A program made the position numbers and the translations under genes. Shown here piece after piece: positions 53,301 to 60,987 of a DNA stretch of 64,000 nucleotides; within the stretch, counting starts at the first letter, position 1, and the number at the start of each line of letters is the position of its first letter. Origin of the DNA: an uncultured Candidatus Rokubacteria bacterium (GTDB taxonomy: Bacteria > Methylomirabilota > Methylomirabilia > Rokubacteriales > CSP1-6). The notes below the pieces were generated by a model, which worked only from the letters and a program-made list of their open reading frames with translations, was not told the origin of the DNA and did no database searches. Location: the NCBI GenBank assembly GCA_963754315.1, contig CAVWFS010000009.1, forward strand, positions 1 to 64,000, in the 5' to 3' direction.

Positions 53301-53637
53301 CAGGATAGTAGCCGGCGTCCTCGAACGCCTCCCACGCGACCTCCAGGAACAGGCGATGCTGAGGATCCATGATCGCCGCTTCCCGCGGGGAGTAGCCGAA
53401 GAAGGGCGCGTCGAATGTTTCCACGTCGCGCAGAATGGGTCCGGCCTTGACGTAGTGCGGATTCAGGAGCGCCGAAGGCTCCACACCCGCCGCCAGCAAT
53501 TCCGCGTCTGAGAAGAAGGTGATCGATTCGACCCCGCCGCAGAGATTGCCCCAGAAGGCGGCCACGGTGTCGGCGCCGGGGAACCGGCACGCCATGCCGA
53601 TGATGGCAATCCCGCGATCAGTCGTCGATCTCGTCAT
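47347..53637 (-). CDS. type I PKS-A, KS-AT-DH-KR-ACP-TE(Cys), 2096 aa
   Basis: KS GNDKD/VQTACSTS/ECHATGT/GHPE; AT GHSVG/HAFHS; DH DHRIHGQRVLP; KR GGLGMLG/VLDD/NYTAGN; ACP LGLDSL; TE GHCLG. Confidence 0.95.
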   Translation of the reverse strand: MTRSTTDRGIAIIGMACRFPGADTVAAFWGNLCGGVESITFFSDAELLAAGVEPSALLNPHYVKAGPILRDVETFDAPFFGYSPREAAIMDPQHRLFLEVAWEAFEDAGYYPDAYDGPIGVFAGGGGVVTSYLMAQQASPGFPGQTAGLPHLGNDKDFLSTRVSYKLNLTGPSVTVQTACSTSLVAVHLACQSLLAGESDMVLAGGVTVRIPQVCGYLAEKGNVYSTDGHCRAFDAAGQGTVFGSGVGAVLLKDLARALADGDHVYAVIRGTAINNDGGMKASYSAPSVTGQVGAMVEALRVAGVSPESIRYIECHATGTAVGDPLEIQALSQAFALRTFSPRFCALGSVKTNIGHPEQAAGMAGLIKSALVLQHGLIPPSLHFAVPNPKIDFDHGPFYVNTALSPWPTSEGPRRAAVNSLGIGGTNAFAVLEEPPSVASPEPDSLPLQMFTLSAKSGPALTAYVDRFRTFLEATPPASLADLCYTTNVSRSYFPHRLAVVAGSTQDLVAQLSASGPSAHRPVDVRRAGKKPAVAFLFSGQGSQYPGMSAELYRTLPQFQRSLDECAAIVRPYLDRPLLEVLFPRSDDTAALLHETAYTQPALFALEYALAQVWQAWGIVPGAVMGHSVGELVAACVAGVFGLDEGLRLVVERARLMQSLPRCGSMVVVFASETVVGDVVGAHATRISIAAINGPGNTVISGERGALAEAVAALRARNISTATLTVSHAFHSPLMDPILDRLEAAARAIPHREPAIPLISNLTGVAVAGAPTPEYWRHHARGAVRFADGLRTLHAQGFDVFLEVGPGSGLLAMGRQCLPATEISWVSSLNKQKPEWETMLEGLKTLYLDGVPIRWTRVHEGVSRRRVTLPTYPFQRKRYWLDGASRERVDGQTRAPRAHPLLGAPTGSGSSEIRFEALYGEEQLPYLRDHRIHGQRVLPTAAVLEAALAAGRGYFGGGSAQLEDLTYHQALILPDDGARSVRVVMTPAGERRATFELLSRGAKEDGEWQTYLSGIVCGENAAARPTTPFDAEGTLAQCHREIPSEGYYRAVAELGLQYGASFRGIQRLWQGQAAAVARIRLPAEASSPGPYGLHPAFLDACLHLYPAALGEYGEGAPASEGTYLPVGVERFRVYREGVTEGWAHATVRNHRAPHQPLVVDINVYGTDSEIVATLAGLSLRRLPREAVAAIDDDAALTEWLYELSWEERPASPARRSALASWLIFADRGGVGAALAEQLESRGDWCHLVYAKTMDMGPARSAIDPMRPEEFRRLLQEVSAWEGLPYRRVLYLWGLDIPSSAEMFPDSLVQAEELGCAAPLFLAQALAAVKSASTFAPRLWFVTRNAQPTASSSVPPEPAHASLWGLGRTVALEYPSMWGGVIDLPPTHLPSPREDAEALVSELFRGDGEGEVCLRNGTRFVARLRRHQRKAARASVRFRRDSTYLITGGLGMLGLRVAQWLVERHDVRSLVLVSRHAAEGRARNAVESLRTRGVDVRVMTADVSVEADVRRLLGEVCRQGLPLRGVIHGAGVLDDGIVGQLEWSKFARVVAPKIRGSWFLHHYTRDLQLDFFILNSSLLSLTGSAAQANYTAGNAFLDTLGAYRRGLGLPATVVNWGPWADEGMAAATGSRGAAIWRARGTRPIPPDDGLRVLEHVISQGLDQVAVTITDWAMYLKQFSEPPPLYAELAREVGAAHRAKRAVPEGDVQARLRTAPASEHRALLLEFVQAQVADELGFTEDIDPQQPLNELGLDSLMSVNVANRLEQGLGMAVAVATLMRGPSVVELVDELLVRLPRPTEDPPAPMPTSVGHNGSRAGAVSLVEAGGWLVFPRPNPSARRRLFCFHYAGGGAGTFRPWADALDATIELVAIEPPGRGGRAGEPLIESLDVFVGRLIPAMSPYLDKPFAFFGHCLGALLLFETARALLARGPLRLEHVFVSGARPPHLLQREGPFERDLLTTLVRHPQFDPFRPGHEQPDPVFADIIRHFDIDATDGFLGNPELRALLLPAVRADFAMAASYRFTATPAWDVPLTCFVGHGDPYVTQEDAVQWGHYTRVSFQAWIRNTAHFLIVDDRPFILDTINASLSNTLARAGRGT

Positions 53638-53650
53638 GCCCTCCTGGGGC

Positions 53651-54001
53651 TTACCTCGGTCGCTTGGGGTCTACCGACCTGAGCACGCCGTCGAGAGTCT
53701 CGAGGCAGCCGCGAACGAGATCAGACTGCCACTCGATCCACTGCTTGCCAAACTCTTCCTGAGACTTGCTGAAATCGAGATACGCCTCCAAGAGAACCTT
53801 CCCGCGGCCCTTGGCCTCTTCGTCCCACCGCTCGCGCCACTGCGGGTCCTTCAGAGCGTCCTGATAGGCTTTGAGCATCGCGCGCTGCCAGGCGAGGACA
53901 GGCAGCACGAACAGCGCGGAGAAGAAGGGCAAGGTAAACGGCAGGGTCGACCCCAGGCGAGACGCATCATCGCCGGCTTTGCTTGACGTTGGATCGGACA
54001 T
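53651..54001 (-). CDS. small helical hypothetical protein A
   Basis: GGGAG RBS; fills the gap between cyclase 2 and PKS-A; WQRAMLKAYQDAL...QEEFGKQWIEWQSDLVR. Confidence 0.75.
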   Translation of the reverse strand: MSDPTSSKAGDDASRLGSTLPFTLPFFSALFVLPVLAWQRAMLKAYQDALKDPQWRERWDEEAKGRGKVLLEAYLDFSKSQEEFGKQWIEWQSDLVRGCLETLDGVLRSVDPKRPR

Positions 54002-54015
54002 GACTCGTCGCTCCC

Positions 54016-57000
54016 TCAGCGTATTCCTTCGGCGCGTTCACGATCCCAGACCATCCCCATCTCTCGAAACATTGCGACGGCCCTCGCCTGCATCTCGTGC
54101 GCCCTGTCGGCCTTGCCCATCGCCATCAGGAGCTTCACGTAGACCACCAGGCTGCGGGCCAGTTCTGGCTTCTCACCGTTCTCCTCCTGGATCTTGATGG
54201 CCTCCAGGAGTCGTCGTCTCGGCTCCGCTCAGGTCAGGCGGATCTTGCCGGAACAGGGTCCCGGCCCAGGCGCGCCGAGCCAGGGCATTGCCGTGCCGTT
54301 CGCCGGATTCCTCGGCGAGGCAGACAACCTCCTGAGCCAGGCGGCAGGCCGCCTCGATCTCACCGAGCTCGAGGAGGCACTCGGCCAGAAAGGCCTTCGG
54401 GCGGCTCAAGAACAACGTCGTCCCGAGCTGCGCGGCGATGGCGATGCACTCCTCGAGGATTTGTCGGCCCCGCGGGGCATCTCCCGCCATGGTGTGGGCC
54501 CGCCCTTCGTAGACTTTCAGGGTGTAGATGCGGAAGCGATCGCCCGCTTCCTCGGCAATACGTCGTCCCTCCCGAAAGTCGTCGATGGCCGCCGCCCATT
54601 CGCCCCGATTGGATCGCACGTGTCCGCGGAAATAGTGGACCGCGGCCTGGCGCAAACGGGTTTTGGATCTCCGTGGCCAGTTGTACGCCCTGATCGGCGC
54701 GCTGCACGGCCCGGGTCAGCTCCCCGGCGTCGCCCAGCGCCATCCCTGCAAAGCCGGCGGTGGTGGCCGCATCGGTCAGGTTCCCCAACCGGAGCATGTG
54801 CTCCGTGCTTCGCTCGAGCAGGGTGATGGCTTGCCGGAGCGCCCCCTGCTGCCAGTACAGGCGACCCAACAGGTTCACGGGAGGCGCCGTGAGGGCGTCA
54901 TCGGCCAGGTCCTCGGCGATCTTGAGGCTCTGCTCGGCGTATTCGATGGCCGTGCGCGTGTTTCCGACGACGTATTCGACGCGGCCCATCCAATAGAACA
55001 CCCGGGCCAGGCGGGGCTGATCGGCGAGCTGTTCGGCCAGCGCCCGGGCCGCCACCATGTTCTTCCGGCTGCGCTCGATGTCCTGGCGGGTGGTGCCGAC
55101 CTGAGCGTGCTTGATGCAGGCGTCGATCTCGGCCCGTTGCCGCTCGGGGGAGGCGGTCAAGGCCCGCGTCAGCTCGAGGGCCTGCTCGTAATAGCTGGCG
55201 GCCTCGGCGTTGGCATAGACGCGCGCGGCTCGGTCCCCGGCCAGGAGGGCATACTTGATCGCGTGGTCCTGATGATCACTGCGGGAATAGTGATAGGCGA
55301 GCACGACCGACTGCTCCTCGAGCTGGTCAGCGCAGAGCTCCTCGATGCTCTGGCCCACGATGCCGTGCAAGGTCTGCCGCCGCGGCACCAGGAGGCTCTT
55401 GTAAATGACGTCCTGGATGATGGCGTGCTTGAATCGGTATTCCAGCTGGGGGAAGAACCGCGACTCGTGAATGACGTCCAGGCGCTTGAGCGCTTCCAGA
55501 TGGCCGGCGATCTCGGCGGGCTCGCTCGATACCCGGGCGAGCAGACGGAACTCGAATTCGCGCCCGATGACGGCGGCCATGCGCAGCGTGTCCTTCACGG
55601 GGTCTTCCAGGCGGTCGACCCGTGCCCGGATGATGTCCTGGATGGTGGCGGGCCACTCGAGGGCGGCTTCGCTACCTAACCGCAAGTGGCCGTTCTCGCG
55701 GATGAGGAGACTGCGCTCCAGCAAGGTCTGCGTGAGCTCCTCGATGAACAACGGATTGCCGTCCGCCTTGTCGCGGATGAACTGCAGGAACCCCGCCGGG
55801 AATTCATGGCCACCGAGCAGCGCGGCGAGCATGTCCTCGATCTCGGTTCGGGCCAGCCCATCGAGCGAAATCTGGGTGTAATGCGGCTTGTCCGGCCACC
55901 GCACCGTGTATCCCGTACGGTGGGTGGTCAGAATGAGGACGGGCAGGCCAGAGAGGCTGCCGGCCAGAAAGTTCAGGAGGTCTTCCGAGCTCTGATCGAT
56001 CCAGTGTAGGTTTTCGCAGACGAGCACTTGCGGTCGATGGCGGCTGGCCGCCGCGATGACGGCACGGATGGCCTCCAAGGTTTGTTGGCGACGGTGCTGC
56101 CGATCGAGATAACGCAGGGCTTCGTCGGCCCCCGGCAGGGCAAAGAGCGCTTCGAGGAACGGCAGCAGCGGGGAGAGGCCCGCGTCCAGACGCTGGAGCC
56201 CGTTGCGCAGCTTTTCCTGGGTTTGAAGCGGATTATCACCCTCTTCGATGTGAAACTGCGCGCGGAGGATGTCGAGGACCGGCCCGTAGGGAACCGTCCG
56301 GCCATACGCCACGCAGTGGCCTTCGAGCCAGTCGACCCGCTCGTCACCGAGCGAAGCGTGAAGCTCGTAGAGGATGCGGGACTTGCCCACCCCCGGCTCA
56401 CCGAAGACACCCACCACCTGTCCGTGGCCCGCCTCCACGCGCAGGAGGCAATCGTGCAGCAGGGCAAGCTCGCGCCGGCGGCCGACCAGCCGCGTCAGGC
56501 CGCGGGCCGCGCTCATCTCGAGCCGGTTCCGCCAGCGCCGCCGCCCGGTGACCCGATAGACGGCGACCGGCTCGCGATGTCCCCGGACGTCGACCCGTCC
56601 CAACGACTCGCAGAGGACGTACCCCTCGACGTGCCGATGGGTCGCCTCGGCCATGAGGATCGCGCCTGGTTCGGCTTCGGTCTGCATGCGAGCCGCGATA
56701 TACGTGGTGTTGCTCACTGCCGTGTAGTCCATGCGGAGGTCGTCGCCGATGCGACCGACGACGACCGGGCCCGTATTGATCCCGATACGCAAGCGGAGCT
56801 CCACCCCGTGCTCGCCCCGGAACTGGGTGCTGTAGCCGCGGATGGTCTCCTGGATGGCGAGGGCCGCCTGCACGGCTCGGAGCGGATGATCTTCCAGCGC
56901 CAGCGGCGCGCCAAAGAGCGCCATCAACCCATCGCCGAGGTACTGGTTCACGGTTCCCTCGTAGCGGTGGACCGCCTCCGACACCAGCTCTAACACCTCT

Positions 57001-57454
57001 CCGATCAGCTGGCGCAAGCGTTCGGGATCCACCCGCTGGGCGAGAGCCGAGGAGTCGGCGATGTCGGCGAAGAGGACCGTGACGAGCTTGCGCTCCCCCT
57101 CGAGCGTGCTGCGCCTGGTGAGGATTCTCTCGACGAGATGGGCCGGTGTGTACGCGTGACGAGCGGCGACCGAGGTATCGGAGGCGGTGACCACCCCGGT
57201 CGCCCGCGGGCGGTCGTCGACTGGCGCGACCTGCGTCCGCCGCCCGCGTCGGCGCGGCCGCCTTTGGTGCCGAGAGCCGAGCCGCAGCTGCTGCAGAACT
57301 TCGCGCCTCCACTCATGGAGGCTCCGCAGGCATCGCAAGCCAGCCGCGCGGCTCCGCACTGATCGCAAAACTTGGCAGCGGCAGGATAGGCATGTCCGCA
57401 GCGGGGACACTGTGCATCGGCTACCTTGTCCCGGCTGGCCATATGCTCACCCAT
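54016..57454 (-). CDS. zinc-ribbon + class III nucleotide cyclase + AAA ATPase + TPR protein 2, frameshifts near 57250, 54650 and 54210
   Basis: ORFs 57005..57454, 54360..57410, 54173..54655 plus manual tail LLEAIKIQEENGEKPELARS...AMFREMGMVWDRERAEGIR* align end to end with 42604..46053. Confidence 0.88.
55090..57165. repeat. ~2.1 kb paralogous segment, copy 2
   Basis: Matches 43685-45760 (e.g. gtagtccat.cggaggtcgtcgcc.atgcg in both copies). Confidence 0.85.
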
Positions 57455-58247
57455 GAGGTGTGGTCACCCCGACTTTAGGTGGTGTGTCAAATAGTGTCAA
57501 GGCGGTCGGCGGCCACTCACCGAGCGTCGTGACCGCGCCCACTCGCCCCTCGACGACAAGCGCCCCACAATAGCCTGCTGCGGGATCCAGCGCATGAACG
57601 CGCCAATAACGAGGAACACCCGCCGCGTCGGAAAGACACAGTGGCCGACCTTCGGCGAGGCTGACGTCAACCTCAGGTAGACCTCGACCGAGTCCGACAC
57701 CACACGCCTTGAGGCATGCCTCTTTGAGGGTCCAGTACCGGTAGAAGGTGACCAGCCGCGCAGGCCGCGGAACCCGCTCGAAGGCCAGGCGTTCTGCCGG
57801 TGCGAAGGATCGCGCCACGATACTCTCAATCTCGTCGACCGGCCGGACGCGCTCAAGATCGACGCCGAGCTCGCGTTGCCGGCTGACCGCCACCATCGCG
57901 AGCTCGTCGGAGTGAGACATGTTGAAGCGAATGCGGCCACGGGCCCGTGCGGCATTGAGATAGGGCTTCCCGTAGGGCCCCTGGGCAAAGGTCAGCTCAC
58001 CTGGCCGCCGCCTGAGGTAGCTGCCGAGGATCGCCCTCAGGGTTGTCCGGCAGACCACGAAGCGCCGCCGAAGCGCCGGGAATGCGAAGCGCCCTGCGTG
58101 CGCGACCTCGTCGGCGGAGAGCCACTCCGGGCGCAGACGGTCTCGCCAGTCGGCAATGTCCAGACGGAAGGTCCAGACGTGGATCGCGTCAGGGAGGATA
58201 TGCGGCACCGTCACCGGAGTGTAGGGGAGGGAGGACTTCGTCACCAT
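57447..58247 (-). CDS. Sfp-type 4'-phosphopantetheinyl transferase
   Basis: LSADE..AGRF, YGKPYL, FNMSHS, LGVDLE, WTLKEACLKACGVGL. Confidence 0.93.
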   Translation of the reverse strand: MVTKSSLPYTPVTVPHILPDAIHVWTFRLDIADWRDRLRPEWLSADEVAHAGRFAFPALRRRFVVCRTTLRAILGSYLRRRPGELTFAQGPYGKPYLNAARARGRIRFNMSHSDELAMVAVSRQRELGVDLERVRPVDEIESIVARSFAPAERLAFERVPRPARLVTFYRYWTLKEACLKACGVGLGRGLPEVDVSLAEGRPLCLSDAAGVPRYWRVHALDPAAGYCGALVVEGRVGAVTTLGEWPPTALTLFDTPPKVGVTTPHG

Positions 58248-58278
58248 GATCGCATCACCCCTTACACCTCGCGGGCTT

Positions 58279-58295
58279 CGCAATTGTCCCGCCAA
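58279..58295 (-). promoter_or_regulatory. sigma54-like (-24/-12) promoter of the PKS operon
   Basis: Minus strand TTGGCGGG-ACAA-TTGCG; GG-N10-GC spacing exact; ~30 bp before the PPTase ATG. Confidence 0.55.
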
Positions 58296-58436
58296 GCGTG
58301 GGAGGCGGCTTTTTCACCCCTTGGGGCGCAGGCCATCCCTGGTGGCGGCGAGCGGACGGGCATTGTGCCAAAGCGGGTTCGGGCGGAACGCCCGCCTGGT
58401 CCTACCGGAAGGCAGCGGGTTGGAAGTACCCTGGTT

Positions 58437-58673
58437 CTATTGCTGTGTTGACTCGGATCTAGAGGTGTCGACAACCGCCTGGCTAGTGGCTCGCACGATC
58501 CGCTCAAGCCACCCGGTCAGCTCGTCGATGCGCCCGTTCCCACAGCGTGGGCACACCGAGAAGCCCTGCTCGAGCACGACCTCGCAGGAGGCACAAATCC
58601 GAGCGCGCCGCAGCGGGATGGGGCAAATGCCGTTGACGACCGGTTCTCCCAGGAGGTCGTACACCATGGGCAT
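58437..58673 (-). CDS. small zinc-ribbon protein
   Basis: G-rich RBS; CASC-x10-CPRC. Confidence 0.55.
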   Translation of the reverse strand: MPMVYDLLGEPVVNGICPIPLRRARICASCEVVLEQGFSVCPRCGNGRIDELTGWLERIVRATSQAVVDTSRSESTQQ

Positions 58674-58793
58674 GGCTGTTCCCCCCCGTCTGTGTTCGCG
58701 CGATTATGTCAGTCGACCCAGCCAATTTCAACGTGAAACACCAGCCGAGGGCGCCGGCAAAGACCGCGAGGCCTTGACGGGCCGTGGACAGCC

Positions 58794-59162
58794 TCAGATG
58801 CTCGTCGCCACCAGCTGGGGCCACCAGTCCTGGTGGGCGGAGGCCTCAGCCCGGAGGAAGCGAAACCCGGCGCCGCGGGCGACGACGTCATCCAGCTCGG
58901 TGTCTCCGATATGGTAGTAGGCCTCGGCCGCGAAGAGAGCCTTGACCTCCGCCAGCCGGTGCTTCAAGGCGGTGAAATCGACGGCGATTTCCAGCCGCTC
59001 CCACAGCTGCCGCTGGTATCCGAGGGTTCGATCTGAGCAGCTCCCGATCAGGTACCCCCGCTCCTTGGCCTGTCTCACCATGGCCACCGTGATGATGCCG
59101 GGCGGTTCGCCGACCTCCAGGGTTCCATCGATATCGAAGCTGACGAGCGCGATGCGGTTCAC
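58794..59162 (-). CDS. minimal HAD-superfamily hydrolase
   Basis: GTGA overlap; VSFDIDGTL, SCSDR, HIGDTELD. Confidence 0.85.
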   Translation of the reverse strand: MNRIALVSFDIDGTLEVGEPPGIITVAMVRQAKERGYLIGSCSDRTLGYQRQLWERLEIAVDFTALKHRLAEVKALFAAEAYYHIGDTELDDVVARGAGFRFLRAEASAHQDWWPQLVATSI

Positions 59163-60334
59163 AACCTGGCCTCGTCGATCTTCAATCCCAGCCAGTGGCG
59201 CCCGACCAGCTCGTAGTGAGCCAGACGAGACTGCAGGTGCTGACTGATCACGTGAATGTCCTGGAAGTAGCGCTGCAGCGGGTTTTCCTCGTAGACCGCA
59301 GTGGCGCCGGCGGCGTTGTAGACGATATCGACCACCTGAACGGCCAGCCGGATGGCGTGGGTCGTCGCGATGCGCAAGGCCGCCCGCTGGTCGAGGCTGA
59401 TGGTGTTGGTCGCGCTCACGTCGGCCCACACCTCACGCACGGTTTCGGTCAGGAGGGCCCGCCCCGATCGGATATGGGCCTCGGCGTGGCCCACGTCGGC
59501 CTGGACCATCGCCTGATCGCGGAGCAATCCGGGCAGGGCCCGTGGTTGCTTCGCGCCGGCGAGCTCGAAGAACGTGGCCAGGCAGGTGCGGGCCATACCG
59601 AGGGCCACCGAGGCGTCGCCGGAGGCGAAGACCAGGGTTCGGGGGATTTGATAGAGCGGTCCGAGGTTGGGCTGCGCTATCGAGACCGACGGGACGCTGA
59701 GCTCGCCGGGCACGAAGACATCGTTCACGGCGAAATGGTGCGTCCCCGTGCCGCGCATCCCACGCACCTGCCACGTATCGAGCAGCTCGGCCTGGGCGAC
59801 CGGCACGAACAGGTAGCGAGTCTCGGGCTGCCCGTTCGCGAGGAGCCGAGTCTGGCCATTGTCGATGATCTGGGCGTGGGCGGCGACCCAGGAGGCATGG
59901 CGGCAGCCCGTGCTGAAGCCTTGTCGACCGGTGACCCGGTACCCGCCCGGCACCACGATGGCCTGAGCAGTGGCGGCCGGGGTATTGGAGACGACGCTGC
60001 GCGGGGTGTCGATCCAGATGGTACGCGCGGCGGCAACGGGCATCCGCGCGCCATAGGTGGCGAAGATGGCGCCTTGATTGATGGTCCAGGCGGTGCTGGC
60101 GTCGGCCTTGCCGATTTCCTCGATCACCTGGATGTAGGTCGGCAGATCCAGCTCGGGACATCCCAAGGTGCGGGGGAGGGCGAGATGAAACAGCCCAGCA
60201 TCGGCCAAGGCCTCGAACAGTGGCCGCGGCAACTCACGGGCCTCCTCGATCGCTTCGGCACAGGCCCTGATCTGGGGCGCCAGCTTGCGGGCCGCCTCGA
60301 GCGGCGAGGGGCTCTCGATCTCGCGCGCGCTCAT
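59159..60334 (-). CDS. acyl-CoA dehydrogenase-fold flavin-dependent monooxygenase (HsaA/C2-like)
   Basis: ADASTAW, GFSTGCRHASW, DTWQVRGMRGTGTH, PLQRYFQDIHVISQH. Confidence 0.85.
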   Translation of the reverse strand: MSAREIESPSPLEAARKLAPQIRACAEAIEEARELPRPLFEALADAGLFHLALPRTLGCPELDLPTYIQVIEEIGKADASTAWTINQGAIFATYGARMPVAAARTIWIDTPRSVVSNTPAATAQAIVVPGGYRVTGRQGFSTGCRHASWVAAHAQIIDNGQTRLLANGQPETRYLFVPVAQAELLDTWQVRGMRGTGTHHFAVNDVFVPGELSVPSVSIAQPNLGPLYQIPRTLVFASGDASVALGMARTCLATFFELAGAKQPRALPGLLRDQAMVQADVGHAEAHIRSGRALLTETVREVWADVSATNTISLDQRAALRIATTHAIRLAVQVVDIVYNAAGATAVYEENPLQRYFQDIHVISQHLQSRLAHYELVGRHWLGLKIDEARL

Positions 60335-60846
60335 CTGAGGGGCCGCGGGCTCAGGTGACCGCAGCTCACGCAGGTCCGGTTCGCCTCGGAGCCGTAGAAC
60401 TCCTCGTACACTCGCGAGACGGGGTCGGCGGTGTAGTCGGTCACGTGCTTCACGCTCTGGTAGAGGGTGCCCCCGCATTGCTCGCAGAACCATGTGAAGG
60501 TGTCGCGCTCATCGGGGCGGCGCTTGCGCTCCAGCACCAGCACGAATGCATCCGGGGCGAAGCGCGGCGAGTGCGGGACACCCGCCGGGCAATGAATGAT
60601 CTCACCTTCGCGGATGACGGCCACCTTCTCCTCGCCCTGAGGTGTCCGATAGTGCAGCCGCATGTCGCCCTTGATCATGTACATCACCTCGTCGACGGGA
60701 TCGGAGTGGAACTCGCTCCGATGCTCGCGGCCCCGGGCGACGAAGGCCAGGGTGTCGTCGGCCTGCCAGAGGATGCGGACGGGCTTGGTGGACGCGCGAA
60801 TGCCTTCCGTGATCTGGCCGAGGTTCACTGCTGTCAGATCGCTCAT
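60331..60846 (-). CDS. nbaC: 3-hydroxyanthranilate 3,4-dioxygenase
   Basis: RSEFHSDPVDE, GVPHSPR, LERKRR, WFCEQC and RTCVSCG rubredoxin-like site. Confidence 0.8.
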   Translation of the reverse strand: MSDLTAVNLGQITEGIRASTKPVRILWQADDTLAFVARGREHRSEFHSDPVDEVMYMIKGDMRLHYRTPQGEEKVAVIREGEIIHCPAGVPHSPRFAPDAFVLVLERKRRPDERDTFTWFCEQCGGTLYQSVKHVTDYTADPVSRVYEEFYGSEANRTCVSCGHLSPRPLR

Positions 60847-60987
60847 CTGTCCCTCTCCCGCGGGCTAGCACACCCGAATCCTCGTCATGATACCCGCAAC
60901 GAACGTCTGGCCGTCAGCGGACCGCCTGCAGTAGGATGGATGGATCGCGGCCGACAGCCTCTCACCTCCCGCGACAAGGAGTGGACG

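Noticed and set aside
40038..57454. Canonical CBASS or Pycsar system (cyclase + patatin)
   Set aside because: No CD-NTase motif or cNMP-binding effector was seen; the cyclases are class III fused to AAA-TPR. Used only as an analogy
42604..57454. The AAA proteins as the sigma54 activator of the operon
   Set aside because: No GAFTGA loop or Fis-type HTH; the ATPase is STAND/AAA_16-like
58358..58371. Second sigma54 site (minus strand TTGGCACAATGCCC)
   Set aside because: Good -24 element but no GC at the -12 position
58725..58740. parS-like site ATTTCAACGTGAAACA
   Set aside because: Only 12/16 match to TGTTTCACGTGAAACA with one good half-site; single copy and no parAB nearby
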